Assembly (NCBI GenBank): GCA_963801165.1
Contig: CAWDDT010000007.1
Coordinates: forward strand, 160,001 to 224,000
From: an uncultured bacterium
GTDB lineage: Bacteria > Actinomycetota > Acidimicrobiia > Spongiisociales > UBA5794
Direction: 5' to 3'
Length of the DNA: 64,000 nt
Made by a program: the position numbers and the translations under genes. Positions 1 to 11,018 of this stretch are shown here, one piece after another. Each line of letters starts with the position of its first letter. Positions within the stretch are counted from its first letter, which is position 1. The notes under the pieces are model-generated. The model was given only the letters and a program-made list of their open reading frames with translations, made no database searches and was not told the origin of the DNA.

Positions 1-1
1 T

Positions 2-469
2 GCGCCGCACACGGCGTTCGCCCACCTCGACGCCACCACCGTCCTGTCCCGCCCACTAACCGCTCTGGGCATCTACCCGGCCGTCAATCCGCTGGACTCC
101 GGCAGCCGGGCACTCGACCCGCAGATCGTGGGCCAGAGGCACTACGACGTCGCCACCCAGGTGCAGCAGATCCTGCAGCGCTACGCCGATCTGCAGGACA
201 TCATCGCCATCCTCGGCATTGATGAGCTGTCCGAGGAGGACAAGCTGATCGTTGCTCGCGCCCGTCGTATCCAGCGGTTCCTGGCTCAGCCGATGTTCGT
301 CGCCGAGGCGTTCACCGGTCAGCCCGGTATCAACACACCACGCGACGAGACGATCGATTCGTTCTCCATGCTCATCAACGGTGAGTTGGACCATCTCCCC
401 GAACAGGCTTTCTACATGGTCGGCGGCGCCGATGATGCCAAGCGCAAAGCCAAAGAGATGGAGTCGTAG
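2..469 (+). CDS. atpD: F0F1 ATP synthase subunit beta, C-terminal part (5' truncated by window)
   Basis: Frame from nt 2 reads [17 protein letters not shown]...[11 protein letters not shown]...[18 protein letters not shown]...[11 protein letters not shown]...[10 protein letters not shown], with the DELSEED motif. Confidence 0.98.
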   Translation, partial: APHTAFAHLDATTVLSRPLTALGIYPAVNPLDSGSRALDPQIVGQRHYDVATQVQQILQRYADLQDIIAILGIDELSEEDKLIVARARRIQRFLAQPMFVAEAFTGQPGINTPRDETIDSFSMLINGELDHLPEQAFYMVGGADDAKRKAKEMES

Positions 470-822
470 TGCCCGGCAAGCTGTTCCATCTGGACGTCGT
501 CACTCCCGAAGCCATCATCTTCTCGGGTGCGGCTCAGATGGTGTCTGCCCGGACGACGGAGGGCGACATCGGCATCCTCGCCGACCACGAAGCGACGATG
601 GCCGCCCTCGCCAGCGGCCCCGTGGTTATCACCGATGCCGACGATCACGTCACAACGATCGGGATCCACGGCGGATTCCTCCAGATCTTTGCCAACACCG
701 TGACCCTGCTCACCGACCGCGCCGAGCGAACCGCAGGCGGCCGTGAGGAAGCCCTCCGCATCGCCGAGGAGTTCAAGGCCGCAGAACAGAGAGCGATCGA
801 GCAAGCCGACCGCACCGCGTAG
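469..822 (+). CDS. atpC: F0F1 ATP synthase subunit epsilon
   Basis: LDVVTPE...TTEGDIGILADH...GGFLQI; overlaps the atpD stop codon. Confidence 0.96.
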   Translation: MPGKLFHLDVVTPEAIIFSGAAQMVSARTTEGDIGILADHEATMAALASGPVVITDADDHVTTIGIHGGFLQIFANTVTLLTDRAERTAGGREEALRIAEEFKAAEQRAIEQADRTA

Positions 823-848
823 AGCCGGGCTCACCGCCGTCGCCCGCC

Positions 849-1469
849 GCTCGTCCTTCCCCCCTCGGACGGCCCGAGGGGCCGTCCGATCCCCCCGAAA
901 TGGGGGGATCGCTGCCTTGCCCTCCGATGGCGGGAGGGGGTTGCTGTTTGTTTCGGGCCTTTGGCGTGGTAGTGACCCTCCCCTTGCGGGAGGGTCGAGG
1001 GAGCGCTCGCCGGAGGCGAGTGGCGAGCGAGGGAGGGTAGGCACTGCGGTGGCTGCTCGTCCTTCCCCCCTCGGACGGCCCGAGGGGCCGTCCGATCCCC
1101 CCGAAATGGGGGGATCACTGTCTTGACGTCTGATGGCGCTCGCCGTAGGCACTGCGGTGGCTGCTCGTCCTTCCCCCTCGGACGGCCCGAGGGGCCGTCC
1201 GATCCCCCCGAAATGGGGGGATCACTGTCTTGACGTCTGATGGCGCTCGCCGTAGGCACTGCGGTGGCCGCTCGTCCTTCCCCCCTCGGACGGCCCGAGG
1301 GGCCGTCCGATCCCCCCGATATGGGGGGATTGCTGTCGTGGTAGTGACCGAGGGGAGGGAGAAGGAATTCATCCTCCCTCTGGGAGGATCGACCGGCCCG
1401 CAGGGCCTGGTCGAGGAGGGCCTTGCGAATCGGTCCAGATTCACAGAAAGAGTGCAACCCGGATCGCTC
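849..1469. repeat. Cluster of REP-like double-hairpin repeats, including a 107-108 bp tandem unit
   Basis: CGTCCTTCCCCCCTCGGACGGCCCGAGGGGCCGTCCGATCCCCCCGAAATGGGGGGAT occurs 4 times (about 853, 1058, 1166, 1273). Tandem unit starts GTAGGCACT at 1037, 1145 and 1252. Segment 1364-1469 recurs at 27435-27539. Confidence 0.95.
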
Positions 1470-1474
1470 GGGGG

Positions 1475-1912
1475 TCACCCCATTGAGGCGGCGAATCGGT
1501 CTACCTGGGTGGGGAGGCCCCTCGATATAGCCTCACTGACCACCGGGAAGAACACGGTGGACAGCGCCCCGCGGGCCACTACTTCCAGGATGACGGTGAT
1601 GATGGTTGTGCCGTCGCCGTTCGGCTCGAGTTGGGTTTCCAGGCTGCCCGTGACCTCGCGGGCGTCGAGGTCGAGAACCATGCGCGTGGCCGGTTCTGCG
1701 ACACGCACCCGGGCGGTCCCCGGGTAGCGTCGTGACGCGACGGTGGTTGACCACCGGAACCCTTGGAGATTGCCTTCACTGTCGACCTCGGGGTCGGTGA
1801 TATGTTCGACGGGACCGATGTTGGCCCACGTCTCGGCGGTTTGCAGTGAATGCCACACATCGTCGGGAGCGGCGGCGGCCATGGCTCGATGCTTGAAGGT
1901 CGCTCGGGGCAT
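1475..1912 (-). CDS. SRPBCC/CoxG-like (START-fold) protein
   Basis: MPRATFKHRAMAAAAPDDVWHSLQTAETW: an AxPxxVW N-terminal motif and a C-terminal helix; about 145 aa. Start chosen at the internal ATG of ORF 1475..2329. Confidence 0.7.
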   Translation of the reverse strand: MPRATFKHRAMAAAAPDDVWHSLQTAETWANIGPVEHITDPEVDSEGNLQGFRWSTTVASRRYPGTARVRVAEPATRMVLDLDAREVTGSLETQLEPNGDGTTIITVILEVVARGALSTVFFPVVSEAISRGLPTQVDRFAASMG

Positions 1913-1972
1913 GTCGGGACAATAGCCTCTGTGGTCTGTCCGAAGGCGGCAGAACCGGTATCCTCCATTGGG

Positions 1973-3250
1973 ATGCGTCGAAGATTCCTGTTCGCGGTCC
2001 TGCTGTCGGATCTTCTTGCCCTTGCTCTGGCGATGGTGGTCGCGTCGTTCCTCATATACAGCGAGCCGCTGCCGTGGATAGGCACGCGTCCGTCGCAGAA
2101 CATCCTGCCCATGCTCGGCCTTCTGGTCGGCGGCGCCCTGTTCGGGTCGTACACCAGTCTCCGCATGTGGGCGCAGGGCACACCCCGACCGTCGTACGGC
2201 AGGGCGGTCGCCATCGTCGTGATCAGCGCCGCCGTCACCGCGATCGGCATCGTGCTGGCCCGTCCCTACTGGTCCCGACCCTATCTGGCGTCGGTGCTCG
2301 GGCTCTGGCTTGTGGGCTCCCTGGTCCATCGTTATCTGCGCCGGCTACGGCCGTGGTCGGAGAACCTGGTGATCATCACCGGTGAGAAGGGCTTGGTCGA
2401 GGATCTGCGGGACGCCGAGCACACCAACATCGTCGAGGTGTACGACCCGGCGGGCGAGCCGCCGACGGAGTTGCCTGAGTCGGTGACGCTGGTCGTCGAT
2501 CTCCGACCGGTGATGTCCGACATGATGGCGCAGTTCGTGTCGTCCTGGAACCTGGCCGGGTACCCGATCCGGGCTTTGTCGACAGTCTATGAGGAGTACA
2601 CCGGGCGGCTGCCGATGGTCCATCTCGCCGACGGGTGGGAGCTGTCGGCTCCGATGCGGCGTAACGACTACGCCAGCTTCAAGCGCGCCATCGACACGGC
2701 CCTCGTGTTGCTGACGGCGCCGCTCTGGATCCTGCTGGCGGCGTCGATCTGGGTAGCGGTTCGGATCGATTCTCGCGGTGCCGCCATCTACAGACAGCTT
2801 CGCATCGGTCGGGAGGGTGACATCTTCACCCTCTATAAGTTCCGGACAATGGTTGTCGATGCCGAGAAAGATGGTCCCCAGTTCGCCGCGCCCAACGACG
2901 CCCGCCTGACCAACATGGGCAAGGTCCTGCGAAGGTTCCGGGTCGACGAGATCCCACAACTGGTGAACGTGGTCAAGGGCGATCTGAGTCTGGTAGGTCC
3001 CCGGCCCGAGCGCCCGGTATTCACCGAGCAGTTCGAGGGCTCGATCCCCTTCTACAGCTACCGGCACCTGGTGCGACCGGGAGTGACCGGGTGGGCCCAG
3101 GTCAACTTCGGATATGCCGACAACGAGCGGGAGACCGTCGAGAAGCTGACGTACGACCTGTACTACGTCAAGCACATGTCCCCGTGGTTGGACATGCTGG
3201 TTCTCGGCCGCTCCATCTGGACCGTCTTGACCGGCTTCGGAGCCAAGTAG
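1973..3250 (+). CDS. Polyprenyl-phosphate glycosylphosphotransferase (priming sugar transferase, WcaJ/WbaP family)
   Basis: N-terminal TM helices, then KRAIDTAL, LYKFRTM, DEIPQLVNVVKGDLSLVGPRPE, RPGVTGWAQV and YDLYYVKH motifs. Confidence 0.95.
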   Translation: MRRRFLFAVLLSDLLALALAMVVASFLIYSEPLPWIGTRPSQNILPMLGLLVGGALFGSYTSLRMWAQGTPRPSYGRAVAIVVISAAVTAIGIVLARPYWSRPYLASVLGLWLVGSLVHRYLRRLRPWSENLVIITGEKGLVEDLRDAEHTNIVEVYDPAGEPPTELPESVTLVVDLRPVMSDMMAQFVSSWNLAGYPIRALSTVYEEYTGRLPMVHLADGWELSAPMRRNDYASFKRAIDTALVLLTAPLWILLAASIWVAVRIDSRGAAIYRQLRIGREGDIFTLYKFRTMVVDAEKDGPQFAAPNDARLTNMGKVLRRFRVDEIPQLVNVVKGDLSLVGPRPERPVFTEQFEGSIPFYSYRHLVRPGVTGWAQVNFGYADNERETVEKLTYDLYYVKHMSPWLDMLVLGRSIWTVLTGFGAK

Positions 3251-3326
3251 CCGCGTGACCTGCCCGAGGGGCAAGGCACGTTTGAGTTTCGCACCGTCGA
3301 AGCTCAGCGTTGTGCGGTGCCGCACG

Positions 3327-4355
3327 TCATCCGACCGTCCAGAACCAGCGGTTCCGGTGGTACCAGGCGAACGTCTCGGTGAGAGCGTGCTCGAGGGAGG
3401 TTTCCAACACTGGCCCCAGCCCCAGTTGCTCGGCCAGGAAGGTGTCGGGCCATTGTGCGGACTGGACACCCGTCCGGTCGGAGGGCAGCAGCGTCTCTGT
3501 GACCACTCCGTCGGGGACGACCCCGTCGAGCACCGAGACGAACTTGCGCAGTGCCATCGGCCGGTACCCCGGGGCGTTGACGACGGTTGGGAAGTCGGCG
3601 GCACCGCGGGCACCGGCGAGACGGATCATCCACTCCGCGGCGTCTGTGGCGTAGGTGAGCGCAAACATCGGGTCTCCCGGAGGGAGCGAGAGCGGCCGGC
3701 CCTGGAGCGCGGCGATTACGAGGTTGGCGATGAGCCTGGCAGGAGACTGGGCCCCGCCGAACACGATCGGGAGCCGGACCACGCACCCCTCGACGATGCC
3801 GGTGCGGATGGCGGTGGAGATGATGGTGGTCGCCAGCAGCTTGCTCGTGCCGTATGCGGATGTGGGGAGAGCCTGGGCGGATTCCAGCCATGGTGCCGGG
3901 GCGATCCCGTACTCGTCCTCGGATCCGACCCAGATCAGAAATGGGCGCCTCTCCGGGTCGACCATCTCGATCGCGTCGATGATGGCGGTCGCCGCCTGGT
4001 AGTTGTCTGAATAGCTGCCCAGCCAGCCGTTCGCACCTGGTGGAGGAAACGCCCGGTCCGCGGCGCTCACAACCACGTCGGGCCGGTATCTCCCGAGTAC
4101 GTCGCTGATCTGCTCGCGGTTGGTGACCTCACCCGCGACCGCAGGGAGTTGCCGGGCGTTCAGGGATCTGAGGATCCGGTCGCCGCGCTCGATGTCGGCG
4201 TCGCGAGAGAAGCCCAGCACGTGCATGCCGGTGCGGTGACCGGCGACGGCAAGATGAGACCCGACACACGTGTCGTGTCCCAGTACCAGCAACTTGGGCA
4301 CGTCTGACGGCCCGATGGTCACCGGCCGTCTCGTCTCACGGCACCTCGGCAACAT
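3327..4355 (-). CDS. NAD-dependent epimerase/dehydratase (extended SDR), divergent
   Basis: GSEDEYG, YGTSK (YxxxK), VVRLPIVFG and TYATDAA motifs. The glycine-rich loop is degenerate (VLGHDTCVG). Start uncertain. Confidence 0.75.
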   Translation of the reverse strand: MLPRCRETRRPVTIGPSDVPKLLVLGHDTCVGSHLAVAGHRTGMHVLGFSRDADIERGDRILRSLNARQLPAVAGEVTNREQISDVLGRYRPDVVVSAADRAFPPPGANGWLGSYSDNYQAATAIIDAIEMVDPERRPFLIWVGSEDEYGIAPAPWLESAQALPTSAYGTSKLLATTIISTAIRTGIVEGCVVRLPIVFGGAQSPARLIANLVIAALQGRPLSLPPGDPMFALTYATDAAEWMIRLAGARGAADFPTVVNAPGYRPMALRKFVSVLDGVVPDGVVTETLLPSDRTGVQSAQWPDTFLAEQLGLGPVLETSLEHALTETFAWYHRNRWFWTVG

Positions 4356-4508
4356 CGGATGGATCGCTCAGCGATCACCGGCATGGTCTTCAAGTCAGGA
4401 ACCCCCTGTCGAACCTCGACCCTCGTTCGTAGCGTACCCGGGTTCGTGCCCGTACATGGAACGGGCCGGATCGTGGTCCGGGCCGTTCAGATTTGCGGTT
4501 CGATCGCG

Positions 4509-7500
4509 CTAGGGGAGCAGATCCGCTGCGCGGTGCAGGAAGGCGGCCATCTGCCCGCGCGTCACGTTCTGGTTGGGACAGAACATGGTGTTGGACGGCG
4601 GGTTGCAGCCCTTGGTGATCCCGGCGGTGGCGAGTATGTCGATGTTGTGCGCAAAGACGTTGCCGCCCGTATCGGTGAACAGACCCCCGCCTCCGTCGTC
4701 GGTGAGACCGAGCGCTCGCACCAGGAACGCCGCCATCTGCCCCCGCGTGACGTTGTCGTTGGGACAGAAGTGGTCGTTCGCCGGCGGGTTGCAGCCCTTG
4801 GTGATGCCGGCGGTGGCGAGTATGTCGATGTTGTTCTCGAAGATGTTGCCGTCGTCGTCGGTGAACAGATCACCGCCGCCATTGTCGGTGAGACCGAGGA
4901 ACCGCACCAGGAAGGCCGCCATCTGTCCACGGGTGACGTTGGCAGTCGGGCAGAACTCGTCGTTCACCGGCGGGTTGCATCCCTTGGTGATGCCCTCCTC
5001 TGCCAGCCACAGGATGTCGGCTGTGAACACGCTGCCGGCGAGGTCACCCAGTGCCGTGAATTCGATGTAGAACTGCGTACTGCTGACGTCGTCGTTGATA
5101 TCGACCACGATGGCGTAGTTGCCGGCCTGACTCGGCGTGAACGTAAAGGTCGACTCTGTTTCATTGATCGGCAGGAATACTTGACCGTGATCGAGGTCGA
5201 TGACCCGCCACAGGTAGACGATCGGCCCCGTGCCGCTGGCATTCTCGATTCCACTGAAGGTCGAGCCCACCCCCGGGACGCCGTACGCCGGACCGTCGAT
5301 AGTCACCTGGAGCGCATCCGAGTTGGTCACCGTGACGCTGACGGAAGGTCCGGACAGACCGTTGAACGGTGTGTCGGTCGAGGTCGCGCTGTGCTGGATC
5401 GATGTGAGTCTCCGTGGCCTCGGCGATACCGTCGGCAACGCCGGTAACGGACACGGTCTGGGCGGTGTTCCAGTTGTTCGTCGTGAAGATGAGGCTCGAC
5501 GGGCTGACACCCAGTTCGCTGTTCGTGTAGGTGAAGCTGATCGTGACGTTTGATGTGGGTCGGGCGGCAAGCTTCACGGTGTAGGTGTCGGCGGCGCCGC
5601 CCTCGGTCACGGCCGTGCTGCCGCCGGACTCGGTGATGGTTATGCCTGCGGTGTCGTCATCGGTGATGCTCACCGATTCCATTCCGGTAATCCCGTTGTA
5701 GCCGCCACCGGTAGCGGAGAGGCTGATGACCCCGCTGCGGCTGCCGTCGTCGTAGCTGTTGTTGACCCCGGTGACGGTGACCGTCTGGTCGCTCGAGTAG
5801 TTGCCGGTGGTGAAGGTCAGAGTCGGCTTGTCGATGGTGAAATCGGCGCCGAACATGGTCTTGGTGAGCGTCACGGTCACTGTGCTAGTCGGTAGCTTGG
5901 TGAGGTGGACCTTGAAGGTGTCGGTCCCACCGTTCTCTGCTACCTGCGTCCCGCCGCCAGTCGGGGTGATGACGAAGTTGCGGGATTCGTCGTCGATGAT
6001 CGTGATGGTGTGGGTGGTGTTCCCCGTGCCAATTTCGCCTGTGGCCGGTGACATTCTGCAGCCCGAGAATGATGGTCTCGGCGGGGTCTACTGCGCTGTC
6101 GTTAGTGATGAAGACAGTTGCCAGCTGGGTGTTCCCGGTGCTGGCACCGATCGGGAAGGTCAGGGTCTCGCCGGCGAATGTGTAGTCGCGCGCCATCGTC
6201 GCCGTTCCGCCGGTGGCGGAGACATGGACGGTCACGGGTGCGAGAAGTGTCCGCCCCCGGGGACGGTCAGCGTCACACCGACATTGTGGTTCGCTATGTC
6301 CTCCTGCGCGTTCGATGTCGGGTTGAGAAAGTTCACGCTCACGGGTCGTCGTCGGTGATGTGGACGGCGACACTACCCACCGAGACCCCGGCGTAGTCAC
6401 CGCCGGACGCCGTGTGCGTGATCGTGAACGTGTGGGGGTTGGCCTCGTAGTTTGGGTCATCCTTGCCTTCACGGTAACGGTCTGTGCCATGTCCCAGTTC
6501 GTGCTGTTGAAGGAAAGTGAGCCGCTCGGCGTCGTAGATCACCTGGCTATCGCTCGCGGTGTTGATAGTGATTGTCACCGGTCCGGTTGGCTCGCTGTCG
6601 AGGATCGACTGTATACGTGTCGGTTGTTTCGCCCTGCTCCGACACGTCAGTCGAGCCGCTCGACTGGGTGATGGTCACGCCCTTGGTGTTGTTGTCGGTG
6701 ACGTTGACGGTAACGCTGGAGACTGTGACGCCGCCGTAGTCGCCGCCTGCTGCGGTCATGGTGATGGCGGCGCTGGAGTCCCCATCGTCGATGTCGTCGT
6801 TGACCGGGGTAACGGTGACGGTTTGGTCGTCGCTCCAAGTGGTGTCGCTGAAGATGAGTGAAGTCTTGTTTACGGTGAACTGTCCGGCGGCGGCGCCAGC
6901 ATTGATCGTGATGGTGACCGTCCCGGTTGGTTGAGAGTTGAGGTGCACGTTGTAGGTGCCGTTGCTGCCACCCTCCGCCAGATTCAACGTCGTGGGGGTC
7001 ACCGAGACGCCTTTGGTGTCGTTGTCGTTTACGGTGACGGAGACGTCGTCGGGGTTGAGGCCGGTCGTAGTTGCCGTCGGACGATGTGGCCGCGGCGTTG
7101 ACTGGCGGCGCTGGTAGTTGCCGTCTGTCGATGTCGTCGTTGACCGGCGGTGACGGTGACGGTTTGATTCCGGTGTGACCAGTTCCCGGTGGTGAAGGTG
7201 AGCGAGGATGTTGTAGACGGTGAACTCGCCAGCGGCGGCGCTGGCGTTGATCGGTGATGGTGACCGATGCGGTTGGTTCAGAGTTGAGGCTGCACGTTGT
7301 AGGTGCCGGTTGCTGCCACCCTCGGTGAGATTCAACGTCGTCGGACTGACCGTCGACGCCGTGTTGGTGTCGTTGTCGGTGACGTTGACGGAGACGTCGT
7401 CGGAGACGGTGACGCCGGTGGTAGTCGCCGTCGGCGATGCGGCCGCGGCAGTTGGTGATGGTGTCTGAGGTGGTGCCGTCTGCGATGTCGTCGTTGACCG

Positions 7501-8157
7501 CGGTGACGGTGACATCTACTCCGGTGTCACCAGTTACCGGAGTTGAGGATGACCGACGTTGTCGAGCGGTGGCTTCACCGGTTGTGTTGGCACACGCTGA
7601 TCGTGACCGGTGTCGGTTGGTTCTGAGGTCAGGCTGATGTTGTAGCTGTCGGTTGCTCCACCCTCCGTCACAGTTGTGTTGCCGCCCGTCTCCGTGACCA
7701 CGATCCCGGCTGTGTCATTGTCCGTGACGTTGGCGGTCACATTGGCGATCATGATGCCGTTGTAGTTCGTATCGCTGGACGCGGCGGTGTGGCTAATTGT
7801 CCCGGTGTGGGCACCCTCAGCGATGTCGTCATTGACTGCGGTCACTGTGACTGTCTGCGGCGTGTCCCAATCCGAGGTAAGGAAGGTGAGAGTTCCTTTG
7901 TCTACCGATACCTGGGCGTCAGGAGTGACTGTGATGGTGACCGTACCGGTCGGAATCTCGTCTAGGACAACATCGTACGAATCGGTGGCCCCGCCCTCTG
8001 TGACGTCGGTGGAGGCGGCGCTCTCGGTGATAGTCACTCCTGGGGCGGCCAGTGCCGCGGGCGCGCGGACACCAATTGCAACCAGCGATGCGACAAGCGA
8101 CATCACCGCCAGCAAGACGACTCGCCGGTTAGTAAATGACACGGGAAATGCGCTCAT
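4509..8157 (-). pseudogene. Large secreted repeat protein (Calx-beta/Ig-like Thr-rich repeats plus 3 C-terminal SLH-like repeats), split by several frameshifts
   Basis: Signal peptide at 8157 (RRVVLLAVMSLV...AALAA). Repeats of the form TDNDTAG(I/V)xxTE(S/T)GGxTxVTEGG...WxTxQTVTVTAVxD occur in ORFs 7534..8157, 6547..7515 and 5161..6054. GITKGCNPP...VTRGQMAAFL occurs 3 times in 4509..5050. Frameshifts may be consensus errors rather than real. Confidence 0.8.
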
Positions 8158-8227
8158 CTCAGAATCTCCTCTAAACGGTCCCTACCGCAGTTGTGAGTCG
8201 ATAGGGTAGCGGGCGTGGGGTGGCTTA

Positions 8228-9953
8228 TCACCCTGCGGCCCTGTGTAGGAACGCTGCCATCTGTTCTCTGGTCACTGACTGGTACGGGCAGAACTTCGTG
8301 TTGTCGGGCGGGTTGCACCCTTTGGTGATCCCGGCTGCAGCCAGCCTGGCGATGTCGGTCTGGAACACCGACTGGTTGTCATCGGTGAACGTGTTGCCAC
8401 CGCCGTCATCTGTGAGGTGATATGCCCGCACCAGGAACGCCGCCATCTGCTCGCGGGTGACCCGGTCGTTCGGGCAGAACTTCGTGTTGTCGGGCGGGTT
8501 GCACCCTTTGGTGATCCCCGCCGCCGCTAGTTGGGCGATGTCGTTCTCGAAGATGGAGCCGTCGTCGTCCACGAAGTTGTTACCGCCACCGTTGTCGGTG
8601 AGACCGAGAGCCCGCACCAGGAACGCCGCCATCTCGCCCCGGGTGACGGTGTTCTTCGGGCAGAACTGACTGTTGGCGGGCGGGTTGCATCCCTTGGTGA
8701 CAGCGGCGTCGGCGAGCCACAGGATGTCGTCGACGAACTGGCTGGAAGCAATGTCGACGAAGGGAAGGCTGTTTGCCGGGTCGCCGACGGCGAGCACGTA
8801 GCCGTCGCCGTCACGGCCGATGACTTCGATCTGGATACCTTGAAGCGTGATGCCCTCGCCCACCTGGAGGACGTGCTCGACGCCGTCTGGGTTGGTCGGC
8901 TCCGGGCGCTGGTCCCGCCATATACCCGGGCAGATGGCGCCGAAGGCCGGTTCACCGCAGTCGTGGTCGATCTTGTAGACCTCGACCCCCTGCCACTCCG
9001 CCGGGATCGGGTCGTGGGCGCTGGTGGTGCGCGTCCCCAGCGTGTAGAAGACCCCGTCGGTTGCGGTGGGCACGACGAGCATCTGGTCTCCCGACCGGTT
9101 GAACGGTTGCAGCGACACCTGCTGGTAGAACGGTGTGGCGAACACGACGTCGTTCGGCTCGATCCAGCCCGACTGGTAGCGATTGAACGCCAGGGTGCTG
9201 TAGGGCTGCGGCTCGGTCCAGCCGTCGATGGTGAGGTTGCCGCTCATCAGGTCGATCGGGTTGTCGTACTCGCTCTGCCCGGAGTTGGAATGCGGCCATT
9301 GCAGGGTATGGCCGATCTCGTGGGTCGCGACCGAAGGGAAACCGCGCAGGGCAGGGGCGCCGACCACGGCGTAGCGCCCGCTCTCGGGGAAGGTGCCGGG
9401 GATGTCGTCGCAGTTGCCGGTGCCCGCGCAGACGAGCCCCGGCGAGGCGTAGCCACCGCCCGTCACCGAGTCGATGACCATGACCCCCTCCGGCTTCCCG
9501 ACGGTGGCGATCCTTCCGGTACTGAGGTCGTCTATACAGTCGGTGTTGGAACTGGTGCCGCCTGCGGTAAACGTGATGGAATAGCGCCCACCGGACAGGT
9601 CATCGAAGTAGTCGACAGTGGCCGCCTTCAGATCGGCGATGGCCGCATTCATCGTGTATCCGGTGTCGCCGCACAGCCACACCTCCCAGTGGTCGGTGTC
9701 GAGCGAGTAGCGCTGCACGAACGGGGCCTTGGGAACCAGCCGCAGCGGGTCGTCGTCGAGAACACCCGCCGTGCTGTCGAGAGCACCCGCCGTGCTGTCG
9801 AGCTGCACCGTATCCGGACCGGCGACGATGGGGGCTACCCAGTCGACCTCGTCGAGCACCCTCTCCCCGGTGGAGCCGGACGCGGCAGTAGGGGGAAACG
9901 GCGGCGGGTATGAGCAGCAGTAGTACTGCGGCACCACGCTTCCATTGACGCAT
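8228..9953 (-). CDS. Secreted zinc metalloprotease (M6/M11-like) with 3 C-terminal SLH-like repeats; one frameshift near 9893
   Basis: HEIGHTLQWPH zinc motif, NPIDLMSG Met-turn, GWI motif and three GxTKGCNPP modules. ATG 9953 follows a GAAAGGA RBS and encodes a signal peptide that joins the main frame if one base of G5 (9891-9895) is removed. Confidence 0.82.
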
Positions 9954-10061
9954 AAGACGTCCTTTCCCCGTCAGGGACGCCTTTCACAGAGCCCCCCAGA
10001 CACGATGACCATAGCGAAATGGGGCGGTTAAGCACAGACGGCAATTTCTATACTCCGCCTG

Positions 10062-11018
10062 GTGTTTCTCACCAACGGCCCCCGGGTTTTCGTCGTCCTC
10101 GTCAACTACCGGAACCCGGGCGACACGTTACGGTGCCTGGCAACCCTGCGGTGCGGTTCCGACCGTGACGTCCACCCGGTGGTCGTCGACAACGCTTCGG
10201 GCAACGGCGACGCCGTGCGGCTGCGCTCGGCGCTCGGTCCGGCTGTGCCCGTGCTCGAAACCCCCGCCAACCTCGGTTACGCCGGCGGCAACAACGTGGG
10301 CATCCGGTACGCACTCGAGCGCGACGGCGACTTCGTGTGGCTTCTCAACCCCGACACCGAAGTCGAACCGGAGACGCTGACGGGCTTGATGACGACGATG
10401 AGCCTTCGCCCCGACGCCGGGTTCGTCGGCTCGCTGAATCTCTTCGGTGGCTCCGATCCTCCCACCATCCAATTCGCCGGCGGTCACATCGACTGGGCGG
10501 GAGGCGTTGTCGCCGAGAGCATCGGCCGGGGCAAGCCGCTGTCGTCACGGCCCCAGCGCGATCCGTACGAGGTCGACTACGTGGCGGGGACCAGCATGCT
10601 GGTGCGGCGGCGGGTCTTCGAGGACGTCGGGCTGCTCCCCGAGCACTACTTCCTCTACTTCGAGGAGACCGACTTTCAGGTCACCGCGGCCCGCCACGGC
10701 TGGAAGAGTGTGATCAATCCGCTGGCCCGCGTCTGGCACTACCAGGGGTCTGCCACCCATCTCCCCGCCCCCTACTACACCTACTACTACATACGGGGCC
10801 GGCTGCTGTTCGCCAAGAAGTTCACCGAATTCGACGACGAGACGATCGTGGCCGGGCTCGACGGCTTCATCGAAGGCTGGCGGACCCGGGTCGGCGAGCG
10901 GGCGCCCGGGTGGCTCGACACCTACAACCGGCTCGTCGACCGGGCACTTGCCGATGGGAAGGCCGGGGTCACCGGCCCCCGGGCCGACGTCGATGAGATG
11001 CGCAGACCGGGTGAGTGA
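10062..11018 (+). CDS. Glycosyltransferase family 2 (rhamnosyltransferase-like, GT_2_like_c)
   Basis: VVLVNY, VVDNAS, NLGYAGGNNVG, LLNPDT and YFLYFEETD motifs. Confidence 0.92.
   Translation: MFLTNGPRVFVVLVNYRNPGDTLRCLATLRCGSDRDVHPVVVDNASGNGDAVRLRSALGPAVPVLETPANLGYAGGNNVGIRYALERDGDFVWLLNPDTEVEPETLTGLMTTMSLRPDAGFVGSLNLFGGSDPPTIQFAGGHIDWAGGVVAESIGRGKPLSSRPQRDPYEVDYVAGTSMLVRRRVFEDVGLLPEHYFLYFEETDFQVTAARHGWKSVINPLARVWHYQGSATHLPAPYYTYYYIRGRLLFAKKFTEFDDETIVAGLDGFIEGWRTRVGERAPGWLDTYNRLVDRALADGKAGVTGPRADVDEMRRPGE

Noticed and set aside
412-1478. ORFs with repeated PPISGGSDGPSGRPRG peptides
   Set aside because: These are translations of the palindromic DNA repeats, antisense to atpC, with no protein-family motif.
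4509-8157. Diversity-generating retroelement or programmed frameshifting in the large surface gene
   Set aside because: No reverse transcriptase, no template/variable repeat pair with adenine-specific differences, and the indels are too many and irregular.
9755-9802. 21-bp tandem repeat (LDSTAGA/LDSTAGV) in the metalloprotease gene
   Set aside because: Short in-frame linker duplication; ordinary.
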